A DNA stretch of 64,000 bases from Enterococcus florum (GTDB lineage: Bacteria > Bacillota > Bacilli > Lactobacillales > Enterococcaceae): the NCBI RefSeq assembly GCF_004309355.1, contig NZ_BJCC01000038.1, forward strand, positions 1-64,000, in the 5' to 3' direction. Below the pieces are notes generated by a model. That model worked only from the letters and a program-made list of their open reading frames with translations, did no database searches and was not told the DNA's origin. Position 1 is the first letter of the stretch, and each line of letters opens with the position of its first letter. Below are positions 41,225-51,089 of the stretch, piece by piece. A program made the translations under genes and the position numbers.

Positions 41225-42085
41225 GTGAAAAAAATCAACCCCAATAAAAATATTATAATTTTATTGATTTTAGTTATTATTATTGTGACAACTATTTCGG
41301 TCACTGCAGCAAATCGTGTGCGGGACGGGGAAACCAATGTTGTCCAATCCATGATTAATGATACAGTTGGTGTGGTCGATAAAATCGTGACGGCTCCCGG
41401 GCGCTGGATCAGCAGCGGAGTGACCTCGATCACTCGTTTGGCAAACACGTATGAAGAGAACCAGCAGCTGAAAAATAAAATCGATCAATATGACGAAGTG
41501 GAACAACAAACCAAAAATCAGGCAAAAGAAATCCAGCAATTAAAAGAGGAACTGTCATTGAATCAGACGCTGACCAATTACCAGAAGGTCACCGCAAATG
41601 TGATTACACGCTCTCCTGATACTTGGCAGGATATGCTGATCGTTGACAAAGGCAGCTCTGACGGTATCGAAACGAATATGGCGGTGATGGCACAAAAGGG
41701 CCTGATCGGGCGTGTGATCGAAGTCAATTCCCACACGTCTAAAATCGAGTTATTGACTACCAACAACAAAAACAGCAATCATTTTCCAGTGCGGATTACT
41801 TCCGAGAGCGGCGATTCCTTTGGTGTTTTGAAAAGCTACGATGCCAAAGAACAGTTTCTGATTGCTTCCGATATGACAGGAGAGCAGGAGATCAAAGAAG
41901 GAGACGTCGTACAAACCTCGGGGTTGGGCGGCAACTCGCCAGCAAATCTGGTGATTGGAACGGTCACTAAAATAAAAAACGACAGCTTTGGGCTGGATCG
42001 TGAAGTTTATATTGAACCTTATGCACAAATGTACGATATTTCGGTCGTGACGATCGTCCAACGGATGGTGGAGGCAGGCGAATGA
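41225..42085 (+). CDS. mreC: Rod-shape-determining protein MreC
   Basis: TM anchor, a coiled coil, and the GLIGRVIEV beta-domain motif. GTG 41225 has RBS GAGGTG, whereas ATG 41207 has none. Confidence 0.85.
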   Translation: MKKINPNKNIIILLILVIIIVTTISVTAANRVRDGETNVVQSMINDTVGVVDKIVTAPGRWISSGVTSITRLANTYEENQQLKNKIDQYDEVEQQTKNQAKEIQQLKEELSLNQTLTNYQKVTANVITRSPDTWQDMLIVDKGSSDGIETNMAVMAQKGLIGRVIEVNSHTSKIELLTTNNKNSNHFPVRITSESGDSFGVLKSYDAKEQFLIASDMTGEQEIKEGDVVQTSGLGGNSPANLVIGTVTKIKNDSFGLDREVYIEPYAQMYDISVVTIVQRMVEAGE

Positions 42086-42636
42086 TTGAAAAACGCTATT
42101 TGAAATACGCCGCGCCTTTTTTGTTGTTTTTTAGTTTTTTGTTCGATACTCATGCGACTCGACTGATGACGCATTGGACCGATGACCGATATATTGCAAA
42201 TCTGCATTTACTGATTTTACTGCTGCTGGTACTATCCGAAGTCTTGGAAAAGGGCTTTTTGATGAAGACGATGATCGTTTTAGGCATTGTATATGATCTT
42301 TATTATATCGGGATAATCGGTATCTACGCGGTTATTTTCCCAGTTTTGGTTGCTTTGATTTATTTTTTTAAGACAGTTATCAACAAGAATTTGCTGACGC
42401 TTTTTTTCAGCATGATCATTTTGGTTACCTTGTTTGAATTAGGCAGTCTGACGATCCAATTGATTTTTCAATTGGTGATGGTGGACAATCAGTTTTTCGT
42501 CACGCGTTTTTTGGGGCCAACGTTGTTATTAAATATGATTGCTTTTGTGATTTTTATTTTACCGCTGCAAAAGGTTTTTCTTGATAAATCAATGAAAAGA
42601 ATCAAATTCCAGCGGGTTCATAGAAAATCTGAATAA
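42082..42636 (+). CDS. mreD: Rod-shape-determining protein MreD
   Basis: Polytopic membrane protein translationally coupled (ATGA) to mreC. Confidence 0.8.
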   Translation: MIEKRYLKYAAPFLLFFSFLFDTHATRLMTHWTDDRYIANLHLLILLLLVLSEVLEKGFLMKTMIVLGIVYDLYYIGIIGIYAVIFPVLVALIYFFKTVINKNLLTLFFSMIILVTLFELGSLTIQLIFQLVMVDNQFFVTRFLGPTLLLNMIAFVIFILPLQKVFLDKSMKRIKFQRVHRKSE

Positions 42637-42643
42637 GCTTTAA

Positions 42644-42676
42644 AAAAACAGAAGTTATTCCTTCTGTTTTTTTTAT
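42644..42676 (+). terminator. Rho-independent terminator
   Basis: aaacagaag-ttattc-cttctgtttttttt. Confidence 0.75.
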
Positions 42677-42836
42677 TTGTGACGAAAATTCGAAGAAATG
42701 ATGATAAAATGAAACATTTTTGTAACAAAGCTATTATCTGCATGACATACAGCTATGGTAAACTTTGGGATGTGTTAGAAAAAAGTCCAAATAAAAATAT
42801 AAACAAAAATTGTTTAAATAGTCGGAGGATTTAAGA

Positions 42837-44183
42837 GTGAAAAAAAGTTTGTTATCAGCATTAATGGTATGTTCAGTAACATTAAGTGCCTTAGCAGCTC
42901 CAGCAGTAGTTTCAGCTGATGAATATGATTCTAAGATTGCCGAACAAGACTCAAAAATCTCAACATTGCAAACGCAACAGGCAGATGTGCAAACTCAGAT
43001 CGGTTCATTAGAAAACGAAGTTGCTGCGATCAACACGAAAGCCCAAGACTTGTTGAACGAACAAGCAACCTTGCGTCAACATTCAGAAGATTTGCAAAAA
43101 CAGATCCAAACCTTGCAAGAACGGATTGAAAAGCGTTCGAAAGCGATTCAAGAGCAAGCGCGTGACGTGCAAGTGAAACAATCAACGTCAAATGTGATCG
43201 ATGTAGTATTGAATGCTGAATCTTTCTCTGATGCAGTTGGCCGCGTTCAAGCGATGAGTACGATCGTCAAAGCAAACAACGATCTAGTCGAACAGCAAAA
43301 AGCGGACAAGCAAGAAGTTGAACAAAAGGAAGCTGAAAACCAAAAACAAATTGAACAAATTGCTGCGAACCAAGCAGAATTGGAAGGCCAAAAGGGCAAT
43401 CTGATCGCGCTTCAAGCAGATTTGAACGTGCAAACAGCAACTTTAGCAGCAGAACAAGCAACAGCTGAAGGTGAGAGAGCAACCCTGCAGCAAGAAAAAA
43501 CTGCTGCAGAAGCAGAACAAGCGCGTATCCAAGAGGAAGCTCGCAAAGCTGCAGAAGCACAGCAAGCTGCTGCACAAGCAGAGGCTCAACGCCAGGCAGA
43601 AGAAGCTGCGAATCAACAAGAGCAGCAAGCTGCTGATAATAATCCAACTACGGATGAGGATCAAGTAACGCCGGATCCTGCTCCGACACCGGATCCAACT
43701 CCGACGCCAGAACCGGCGCCAGCGCCAGATCCAACACCGGCACCTGGGCCAGTAACGCCAAGCCCAACACCGGATCCAGATCCTGCACCAGCGCCAACAC
43801 CAACACCGAGTCCTGCACCAGCACCGTCTGGAAATGGCTCAGCAGTTGTTGCAGAAGCAATGCGTCACATTGGCAAACCTTACGTTTGGGGAGCAAAAGG
43901 ACCGGATTCATTTGACTGTTCAGGATTTACCAGTTACGTTTATCGCGTAGCAGCTGGACGTGAAATCGGTGGCTGGACTGTTCCACAAGAATCAGCTGGA
44001 ACAACGATCTCGATCAATCAAGCTCAAGCTGGGGACTTGCTATTCTGGGGCGGCCATGGCGGTACGTACCATGTGGCTATCGCTTTAGGTGGTGGACAAT
44101 ATGTTCATGCACCAGCGCCTGGACAAACAGTGACTGTTTCTTCTTATGCTTACTATGCACCGAGCTTTGCAGTACGCATGTAA
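42837..44183 (+). CDS. sagA: Secreted SagA-like peptidoglycan hydrolase: signal peptide, coiled coil, Pro/Thr/Asp-rich linker, and a C-terminal NlpC/P60 domain
   Basis: NlpC/P60 catalytic region (YVWGAKGPDSFDCSGF...YHVAIALG...H), a TPDPAPTP... linker, and position directly after mreCD as in E. faecium. Confidence 0.88.
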   Translation: MKKSLLSALMVCSVTLSALAAPAVVSADEYDSKIAEQDSKISTLQTQQADVQTQIGSLENEVAAINTKAQDLLNEQATLRQHSEDLQKQIQTLQERIEKRSKAIQEQARDVQVKQSTSNVIDVVLNAESFSDAVGRVQAMSTIVKANNDLVEQQKADKQEVEQKEAENQKQIEQIAANQAELEGQKGNLIALQADLNVQTATLAAEQATAEGERATLQQEKTAAEAEQARIQEEARKAAEAQQAAAQAEAQRQAEEAANQQEQQAADNNPTTDEDQVTPDPAPTPDPTPTPEPAPAPDPTPAPGPVTPSPTPDPDPAPAPTPTPSPAPAPSGNGSAVVAEAMRHIGKPYVWGAKGPDSFDCSGFTSYVYRVAAGREIGGWTVPQESAGTTISINQAQAGDLLFWGGHGGTYHVAIALGGGQYVHAPAPGQTVTVSSYAYYAPSFAVRM

Positions 44184-44203
44184 TCAATAATAATGAAATG
44201 AAT

Positions 44204-44237
44204 CGCCGGTACGAATTCGTTCGTACCGGTTTTTTTG
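44204..44237 (+). terminator. Rho-independent terminator
   Basis: ccggtacgaa-ttcg-ttcgtaccgg followed by ttttttt. Confidence 0.8.
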
Positions 44238-44246
44238 GAGGCCACG

Positions 44247-44750
44247 ATGAAAAAACAACGCAAGAACGGCAATTTTTACCTAGCAATCGCTTGTATCATG
44301 ATCGTTATTCTCTTTATCAGCTCTTCTATGACCTACGACCAGCAAAGTCAGGTCGGTTTGATCGAAAGACTTTTGAGCGGACAACCCCTCAAGCAGACAT
44401 TTTCGGGTATTTCTTTTCATTATGCGGGAAGTCAGGTCAGTATCGAATCCTTGGGGTATGTCAAATTCGTGGAATTTTTTATTCGCAAGGGTGCGCATTT
44501 CACCACGTATTTTATTTTAGGCGGAAGTTTGTTTTTAGGCCTGATGCCGAAGTTAAAACAAAAAACTTATGTGCTGCCCGGTATTTTTGCTTGGCTTTCT
44601 GCAACTGGCTATGCCGCGATGGACGAATTTCATCAGATGATCACTGGGGGAAGAACGCCGTTGTTTCAAGATGTGATGTTGGATTCGATCGGTGCCCTCA
44701 CGGCCTGTCTGTTAATCATTCTTTATTTCTCGCTTCGGAAAAAACATTAG
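44247..44750 (+). CDS. VanZ-family membrane protein
   Basis: RKGAHFTTYFILG motif and four TM segments. Confidence 0.75.
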   Translation: MKKQRKNGNFYLAIACIMIVILFISSSMTYDQQSQVGLIERLLSGQPLKQTFSGISFHYAGSQVSIESLGYVKFVEFFIRKGAHFTTYFILGGSLFLGLMPKLKQKTYVLPGIFAWLSATGYAAMDEFHQMITGGRTPLFQDVMLDSIGALTACLLIILYFSLRKKH

Positions 44751-44804
44751 TTTCTTGACGAGTGTCGGCACAAGCGCGACAATGAAAAGGAACAAACAAG
44801 AGGA

Positions 44805-45540
44805 GTGATCGATATGTCCGGACACAGTAAGTGGCACAATATTCAAGGCAGAAAAAATGCTCAGGATGCCAAAAGAGGAAAAGTATTCCAAAAAATATCC
44901 CGAGAGATCTACATGGCGGCTAAATCCGGCGGCGGAAACCCAAACGAGAATCCTGCTCTGCGATTGGTGATGGACAAAGCAAAGGCGGCCAATATGCCAA
45001 ACGACAATGTCGAGCGTGCTGTCAAAAAAGCCACCTCTGTGGGTGAAGGCGAGAATTATGATGAGATCACTTATGAAGGATATGGTCCTGGCGGTGTGGC
45101 GATCTTGGTGCATACTCTGACCGATAATCGAAATCGAACGGCGACCAATGTTCGAGTAGCCTTTAATCGAAACGGCGGCAATCTTGGGGAGACCGGGTCG
45201 GTTAATTATCTGTTTGATCGCAAAGGATATATCGCGATCGAACGAAAAAATCTTGAGATATCTGAAGATGAGATGCTGGAAAAGGGAATCGAGGCTGGTG
45301 CAGAAGACCTGGAAACATCAGCGGAGGTATTTGAAGTCTATACGGCGCCAGAAGACTTTGTTGCGGTTCGTGATCAACTAACTGGAAAAAGATGGCTTTG
45401 ATTTAGCTCAAGCGGAACTGACGATGGTTCCGCAAACAACGGTCATGCTGGATGAATCGCAACGGGAAAAGTTGGATCGGTTGGTGGATACGCTGGAGGA
45501 AGACGAGGATGTATCAGAAGTGTTTACTTCAGCGGAATAA
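44805..45540 (+). pseudogene. yebC: YebC/PmpR-family transcriptional regulator, interrupted near the C-terminus by a +1 frameshift in an A5 run at 45386-45390
   Basis: [23 protein letters not shown]... is canonical YebC. Frame 1 stops at 45399-45401. The shifted frame continues [50 protein letters not shown]-stop at 45540, which is the canonical YebC C-terminus. Confidence 0.8.
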
Positions 45541-45743
45541 ATAAACTATTTGTAAAACGATCATTTCAAAAATATAATTATTGAGAAATGATCAATTTTG
45601 ATAGCTTTATATTATTTGAATTTTTTCTCCTATACAATTTGATATACTGTGGCAAAGGTAGATGTTTCGTTTCGGAACATCTACTTTTGTATTTAAGTAT
45701 TTTTTTGAATGGGGGGGTGTATCAAATCGTGATTGAACGTCTT

Positions 45744-46817
45744 ATGGAAATTGCCCATATTTTGTTGACGTTTAGTGCATGGATAATCATTTTGTTTTTT
45801 ACGAATCGCAATTATTCACTATCAAAGAAGAAAGTGATGCTACTTATTTTTTTTACTGCAACGGTACAAATCTGCACATATGTATATTACTGTGCGAATT
45901 TCAGAACTTGTTTGGCTTCCTTCCAATCGTTCATCATGAGTGTCTGTTTGTTCCGTGTTGCCATGATTTTCTTTATTTTTCAAAAGCAATTCTTTCAAAA
46001 TCTTTTTTATACTTTTTGTATTTTACTTGTGATGACGTTGGCTCAAGGAAATGCAACGCTGATCAAAACTTGTCTAGAAGAAACCACTTTCTATACGCAA
46101 GTGATCTACCACTCAGTTGTTTTGACCACATTGATCCTAACTTTACCTCCTGTCGTATTTCTGCTGAGACGTGTGCATGGTTCCTTGCTGCCGGCGTACG
46201 AAATGGCTGTTTGGAAGGTCGCATGGGTCATGCCATTCATATTATTTGTTATTATGTATATCACTTCACCCACCTTTGTTATAAATCGAATGAACTATGC
46301 AGGTGCGGTTCGAGCCCCGGTCGTTTTGATTGGACGTTTTTTTCTGTTAAGTGAATTCATTTTTCTTATTTATTACTTTGGAAAAATAGTGAACGTTCTC
46401 GGAGAAGCTGAAAAAAGCAAACAAAAAGAACAAGAGGCTGTACGGCGCGCGCAAAAGGCAGAACGTGATTTGGAACAACACCGTTTACTTACAAGTGCCA
46501 TCCCTAAAAAACATTTAATTGCAAAAGGCCCATTTACGATGAACACACAATCTGTACAGGCCTTCTTTAAAAATGATAATCTGCAATTGACGCCAAAAGA
46601 ATTTGCCTTATTGCTTTTCTTTATCCAGCATGAAAATGAAACTGTCAGCAGAGAAGAAATATTCGAAAAAATTTGGCAAATGCCTTTGACCGATAAAGAC
46701 AATTCGTTAAATAATACGGTTTCTCGCTTACGAGGGAAAATAATACACAGCGAATATCGAATTACGGCGGTTAGAAAAAAGGGTTATCGATTTGAAAAGG
46801 ACGATTGCTTAAAATAA
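45744..46817 (+). CDS. Polytopic membrane protein (about 7 TM) with a C-terminal OmpR/PhoB-type winged-helix DNA-binding domain; a membrane-integrated one-component regulator
   Basis: Seven hydrophobic segments, a charged linker (EAEKSKQKEQEAVRRAQKAERDLEQHRL), then LTPKEFALLLFFIQHENETVSREEIFEKIWQ...NSLNNTVSRLRGKI...TAVRKKGYRFE, which is a trans_reg_C signature. GTG 45717 and GTG 45729 are alternative starts. The gene is AT-rich relative to its neighbours. Confidence 0.7.
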   Translation: MEIAHILLTFSAWIIILFFTNRNYSLSKKKVMLLIFFTATVQICTYVYYCANFRTCLASFQSFIMSVCLFRVAMIFFIFQKQFFQNLFYTFCILLVMTLAQGNATLIKTCLEETTFYTQVIYHSVVLTTLILTLPPVVFLLRRVHGSLLPAYEMAVWKVAWVMPFILFVIMYITSPTFVINRMNYAGAVRAPVVLIGRFFLLSEFIFLIYYFGKIVNVLGEAEKSKQKEQEAVRRAQKAERDLEQHRLLTSAIPKKHLIAKGPFTMNTQSVQAFFKNDNLQLTPKEFALLLFFIQHENETVSREEIFEKIWQMPLTDKDNSLNNTVSRLRGKIIHSEYRITAVRKKGYRFEKDDCLK

Positions 46818-46943
46818 GCTTATCAATTCTGGTAGGTTAAAAAAAATTCTGATATTAAGACTATTCATTCGTTATACTAGGCAACGATATCCAAGCAGTT
46901 TATTGAGCAGACTGTTTTAATTCATTGTCTAAGGAGAACGTCT

Positions 46944-47633
46944 ATGAAAAAAAGGAAACAATCGGTACATGCACCCGTTTCCCTGATCGCACATACCGAA
47001 CGTTTTTCGATGGCGGCTGAACGCTATCGAGGAATCCGCAGCAACATCCATTTTTCTGCTGCAGGCAAAGAGATCCAAACACTGGTGGTTACCTCAGCTG
47101 GACCAGATGAAGGGAAATCAACAACGGCCGTAAATTTGGCGATCGTTTTTGCGGATTCGGGAAGCCGGGTGTTATTGGTGGATGCAGATTTGAGAAAACC
47201 TAGTATTGCGTTAAGTTTTCAGATGTTGAATACGAGGGGATTAAGTACTTTGCTGATCGGACATGATGCAACGGTTCAATCATGTTGTCAGGCATCTGGG
47301 TTGGAAAATCTTATGGTCTTGACCAGCGGCCCACTGCCGCCGAATCCCTCTGAACTATTGGGATCAAAAAGAATGCTGGACCTTTTAGAAGAAATGAAAG
47401 CCGATTACGATTACATCATTTTTGACCTGCCACCGGTGGTAACCGTGACGGATGCGCAGATTTTAGCGGCCTATTCGGATGGAACAATCTTGGTTGTTCG
47501 TGAACGAAAAACCCGGAGGCAGGAGCTGGCCAAAGCAAAGGAACTGCTTACGCTTGCTAGTGCAAACGTGCTAGGAGTGGTTTATAACGGGCAAAAAAGG
47601 GAAAAACTAACAGAAGATTACTACATGCAGTAA
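46944..47633 (+). CDS. Bacterial tyrosine kinase cytoplasmic ATPase subunit (CpsD/CapB/YwqD-like), with no adjacent CpsC/CapA-type partner
   Basis: Walker A GPDEGKSTT, Walker A' VLLVDADLR, Walker B IIFDLPP, and a C-terminus ending ...EDYYMQ. RBS AAGGAG. Confidence 0.85.
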   Translation: MKKRKQSVHAPVSLIAHTERFSMAAERYRGIRSNIHFSAAGKEIQTLVVTSAGPDEGKSTTAVNLAIVFADSGSRVLLVDADLRKPSIALSFQMLNTRGLSTLLIGHDATVQSCCQASGLENLMVLTSGPLPPNPSELLGSKRMLDLLEEMKADYDYIIFDLPPVVTVTDAQILAAYSDGTILVVRERKTRRQELAKAKELLTLASANVLGVVYNGQKREKLTEDYYMQ

Positions 47634-47682
47634 AAAAAGAACCGCAGATCAATGGACGAATCCTTGATCTGCGGTTCTTTAA
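47634..47682. terminator. Bidirectional terminator between convergent genes
   Basis: aagaaccgcagatcaa...ttgatctgcggttctt. Confidence 0.8.
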
Positions 47683-47686
47683 CTCT

Positions 47687-49090
47687 CTAAAAGACTAACA
47701 CGGGTGTCCCGACTTCAACGAGCGGGAACATTTGAGCCATGACGCTTGGCGGAGTATTGACGCAACCGTGGGAACCACGAGAAAGCCATAGGTCACCGCC
47801 GTATGCTGGTTGCCAGTCAGAATCGTGCAACCCCACACCGGTCCAATCGATCGGCATCCAATATTGAACAGGGCTGGCATATTTGCTGCCATCGTCATTT
47901 AATCCACGCAAAACTTTGTTGGTCTCCTTGCTCCACACATAATTGACACCAGGAGGAGTAGGAGAAGAGGGTTTTCCGCTGACAATGTCTGTTTCCAGCG
48001 CTACGTTGCCGTCCTTGTATAACCACATGTGCTGGTTTTGCAAGTCGACCTCCACGTAAGTATTGCCGATCAAAGGCTTATCTGCCGTTGTTGCACCTGT
48101 AACGATCGGTGAACGAGTGAAATCTTTGCCCTGCAGAATCTGTTCCTTCAACGCTTGTGCTTCTTCTGTCGTATTGATGGTCCAGCCATAAGCCCCGGCA
48201 GGAACTTCAACATCGCCGCGGCGGGTACTCTTGAACAGCGTTGGATTTGTGCTGGTATTGTATTGTTGTCCTAAAGTTGCAACGTAAGCTTCTACTTTAG
48301 CCTGGTCAAGGTCCATTTTTCCTTCGCCGTCGACAGTCAGCCAATCGTTGATCTGCTCAGTCGGAATCTGGAAGGTATTGCCGTTGATGCTGTATGTCGC
48401 GTTGATCTTTGCCACAGCATTCATTTCGTTCAAGGATTCTTTAAGCTGCGGATTATCCTTTTTGATTTCAGGCTTTACTTGATAATCGGTTAAATCGATT
48501 TCGTGCTTGCCGGAAGAAACAGCTTCAGAAAAAGCTTGTGCGGCAGCATCAACATTGATCGTGTTTCCTTGTTTTTCAGGGATGATGGCAAACCCATCTG
48601 CCTGTTTTTCGATGGTGGCATTTTCTGTTGGAGTACGTGTTTCATTTGACTGGTTCAGTTCGTTTTTGATCGTTTCAACTGTCGCATTCAACATGTTTTC
48701 GTCCAAAGAATTGCCAGCGACATCTTGTTTCTCAGCCGCAAACACCAATTGAGGACCCCAACGAAAAGGATTTTGACTGGTTTTGATCTTTTCCAGCTCG
48801 GGCTGGTAATCTGCCTTCCAGCCAAGGTCGGCGCGATTGATCTCTTTCCAGTTCTCACCGTTGTCCTTGATCTCAAAAGGCGATTCACTTAACTCTTTTT
48901 CCATCTTTTTGCTGGCCGCTTCCACGGTCATGCCGCTGATCTCGATACCGTTGACGACGGTATTAGGCAAAAAGTGCTTACTATAATATGTACTGCGTGC
49001 GGCGTAGCCACCGACTAAAAGGACTAAAAGGCCTAATGCGATAACGATACCGATTTTGGAACGCCGTGGTCTTCTGTCAGATCTTCTCAT
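47687..49090 (-). CDS. L,D-transpeptidase (YkuD domain, Ldt_fm-like)
   Basis: N-terminal TM, a long linker, and C-terminal catalytic motifs HGCVN and SRGSHGC, like the 466-aa E. faecium Ldt_fm. Confidence 0.88.
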   Translation of the reverse strand: MRRSDRRPRRSKIGIVIALGLLVLLVGGYAARSTYYSKHFLPNTVVNGIEISGMTVEAASKKMEKELSESPFEIKDNGENWKEINRADLGWKADYQPELEKIKTSQNPFRWGPQLVFAAEKQDVAGNSLDENMLNATVETIKNELNQSNETRTPTENATIEKQADGFAIIPEKQGNTINVDAAAQAFSEAVSSGKHEIDLTDYQVKPEIKKDNPQLKESLNEMNAVAKINATYSINGNTFQIPTEQINDWLTVDGEGKMDLDQAKVEAYVATLGQQYNTSTNPTLFKSTRRGDVEVPAGAYGWTINTTEEAQALKEQILQGKDFTRSPIVTGATTADKPLIGNTYVEVDLQNQHMWLYKDGNVALETDIVSGKPSSPTPPGVNYVWSKETNKVLRGLNDDGSKYASPVQYWMPIDWTGVGLHDSDWQPAYGGDLWLSRGSHGCVNTPPSVMAQMFPLVEVGTPVLVF

Positions 49091-49199
49091 TGAAATAACT
49101 CCTTAGTTTACCTAGAAATGAATGTGTGTACCGATTACAAATATACCACATCCTTATGTAAAAAGTGAGTGCTTAAGTCGAGATTGTAACGAAATATTT

Positions 49200-49235
49200 A
49201 AAAAAACCGTGAGAAAACTTCTCACGGTTTAAAAG
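49200..49235. terminator. Terminator for ldh (minus strand); a hairpin flanked by A- and T-runs
   Basis: aaaaaaccgtgagaa-aact-tctcacggttt. Confidence 0.7.
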
Positions 49236-49240
49236 GAAAA

Positions 49241-50302
<1,062 letters not shown>

Positions 50303-50517
50303 CTAATACAGTTTTAATGGTTGTTATACAAGAAACCGTTTTATATGTGATGGCACCAACAATTTAAAAAAATGAGAAATTTTAATAAATTGCTACATTT
50401 CTCACGATTTTCCAGGCCCCATTTTAGTGATAATTATGATATACTGTAGTGAATCTACTGGGCAGACTTAGGCTGTCCAGCATTTTGTCATGCGTTTAGC
50501 AATCGTGGAGGAAAACA

Positions 50518-51075
50518 ATGAAAATGATCGTAGGACTGGGGAATCCCGGCAAAAAATATGAACAAACCAAGCACAATGTAGGTTTTTTAGCAGTGGAACA
50601 GCTGGCGCAAAAACACGGGGCTGTTTTTAAGAAAAATACCTTTGAAGCTGAAGTCGCTGATTTTTTCGCCAATGGCGAGAAAATTTTGTTAGTTAAGCCG
50701 CAAACCTTTATGAATGAATCCGGCAGAGCAGTTGGGCCATTGATGACCTATTTCGGTGTGTATTTGGACGAGCTGCTGGTGATCCACGATGATCTGGATC
50801 TGGCCTTTGGCAAAATTCGCTTGAGGCAAAAGGGCAGTGCTGGCGGTCATAATGGTCTCAAGAGCATCATCTCGCACCTCAACAGTCAAGAGTTCGATCG
50901 GATCAAGATCGGTATCGGCCGACCGAACGGCAAGACAGTGGTCAATCATGTGCTGAGCCCTTTTTCAAAAGAGGAGCAGCCGGAGATTTTGGCGAGTGTT
51001 GATCGAGCAGCAGAAGCGGCCGAATTTTATATAGAGACCGGAGATTTTATTCAAACGATGAATCGGTTTAATTAA
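50518..51075 (+). CDS. pth: Peptidyl-tRNA hydrolase
   Basis: MKMIVGLGNPG N-terminus. Confidence 0.95.
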   Translation: MKMIVGLGNPGKKYEQTKHNVGFLAVEQLAQKHGAVFKKNTFEAEVADFFANGEKILLVKPQTFMNESGRAVGPLMTYFGVYLDELLVIHDDLDLAFGKIRLRQKGSAGGHNGLKSIISHLNSQEFDRIKIGIGRPNGKTVVNHVLSPFSKEEQPEILASVDRAAEAAEFYIETGDFIQTMNRFN

Positions 51076-51089
51076 GGAGTACAGATTCA

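Noticed and set aside
45779-46354. A 191-aa ORF in an alternative frame within the 7TM-wHTH gene
   Set aside because: It is embedded in the longer ORF that carries coherent TM helices and a recognisable wHTH domain, so it is an out-of-frame artefact.
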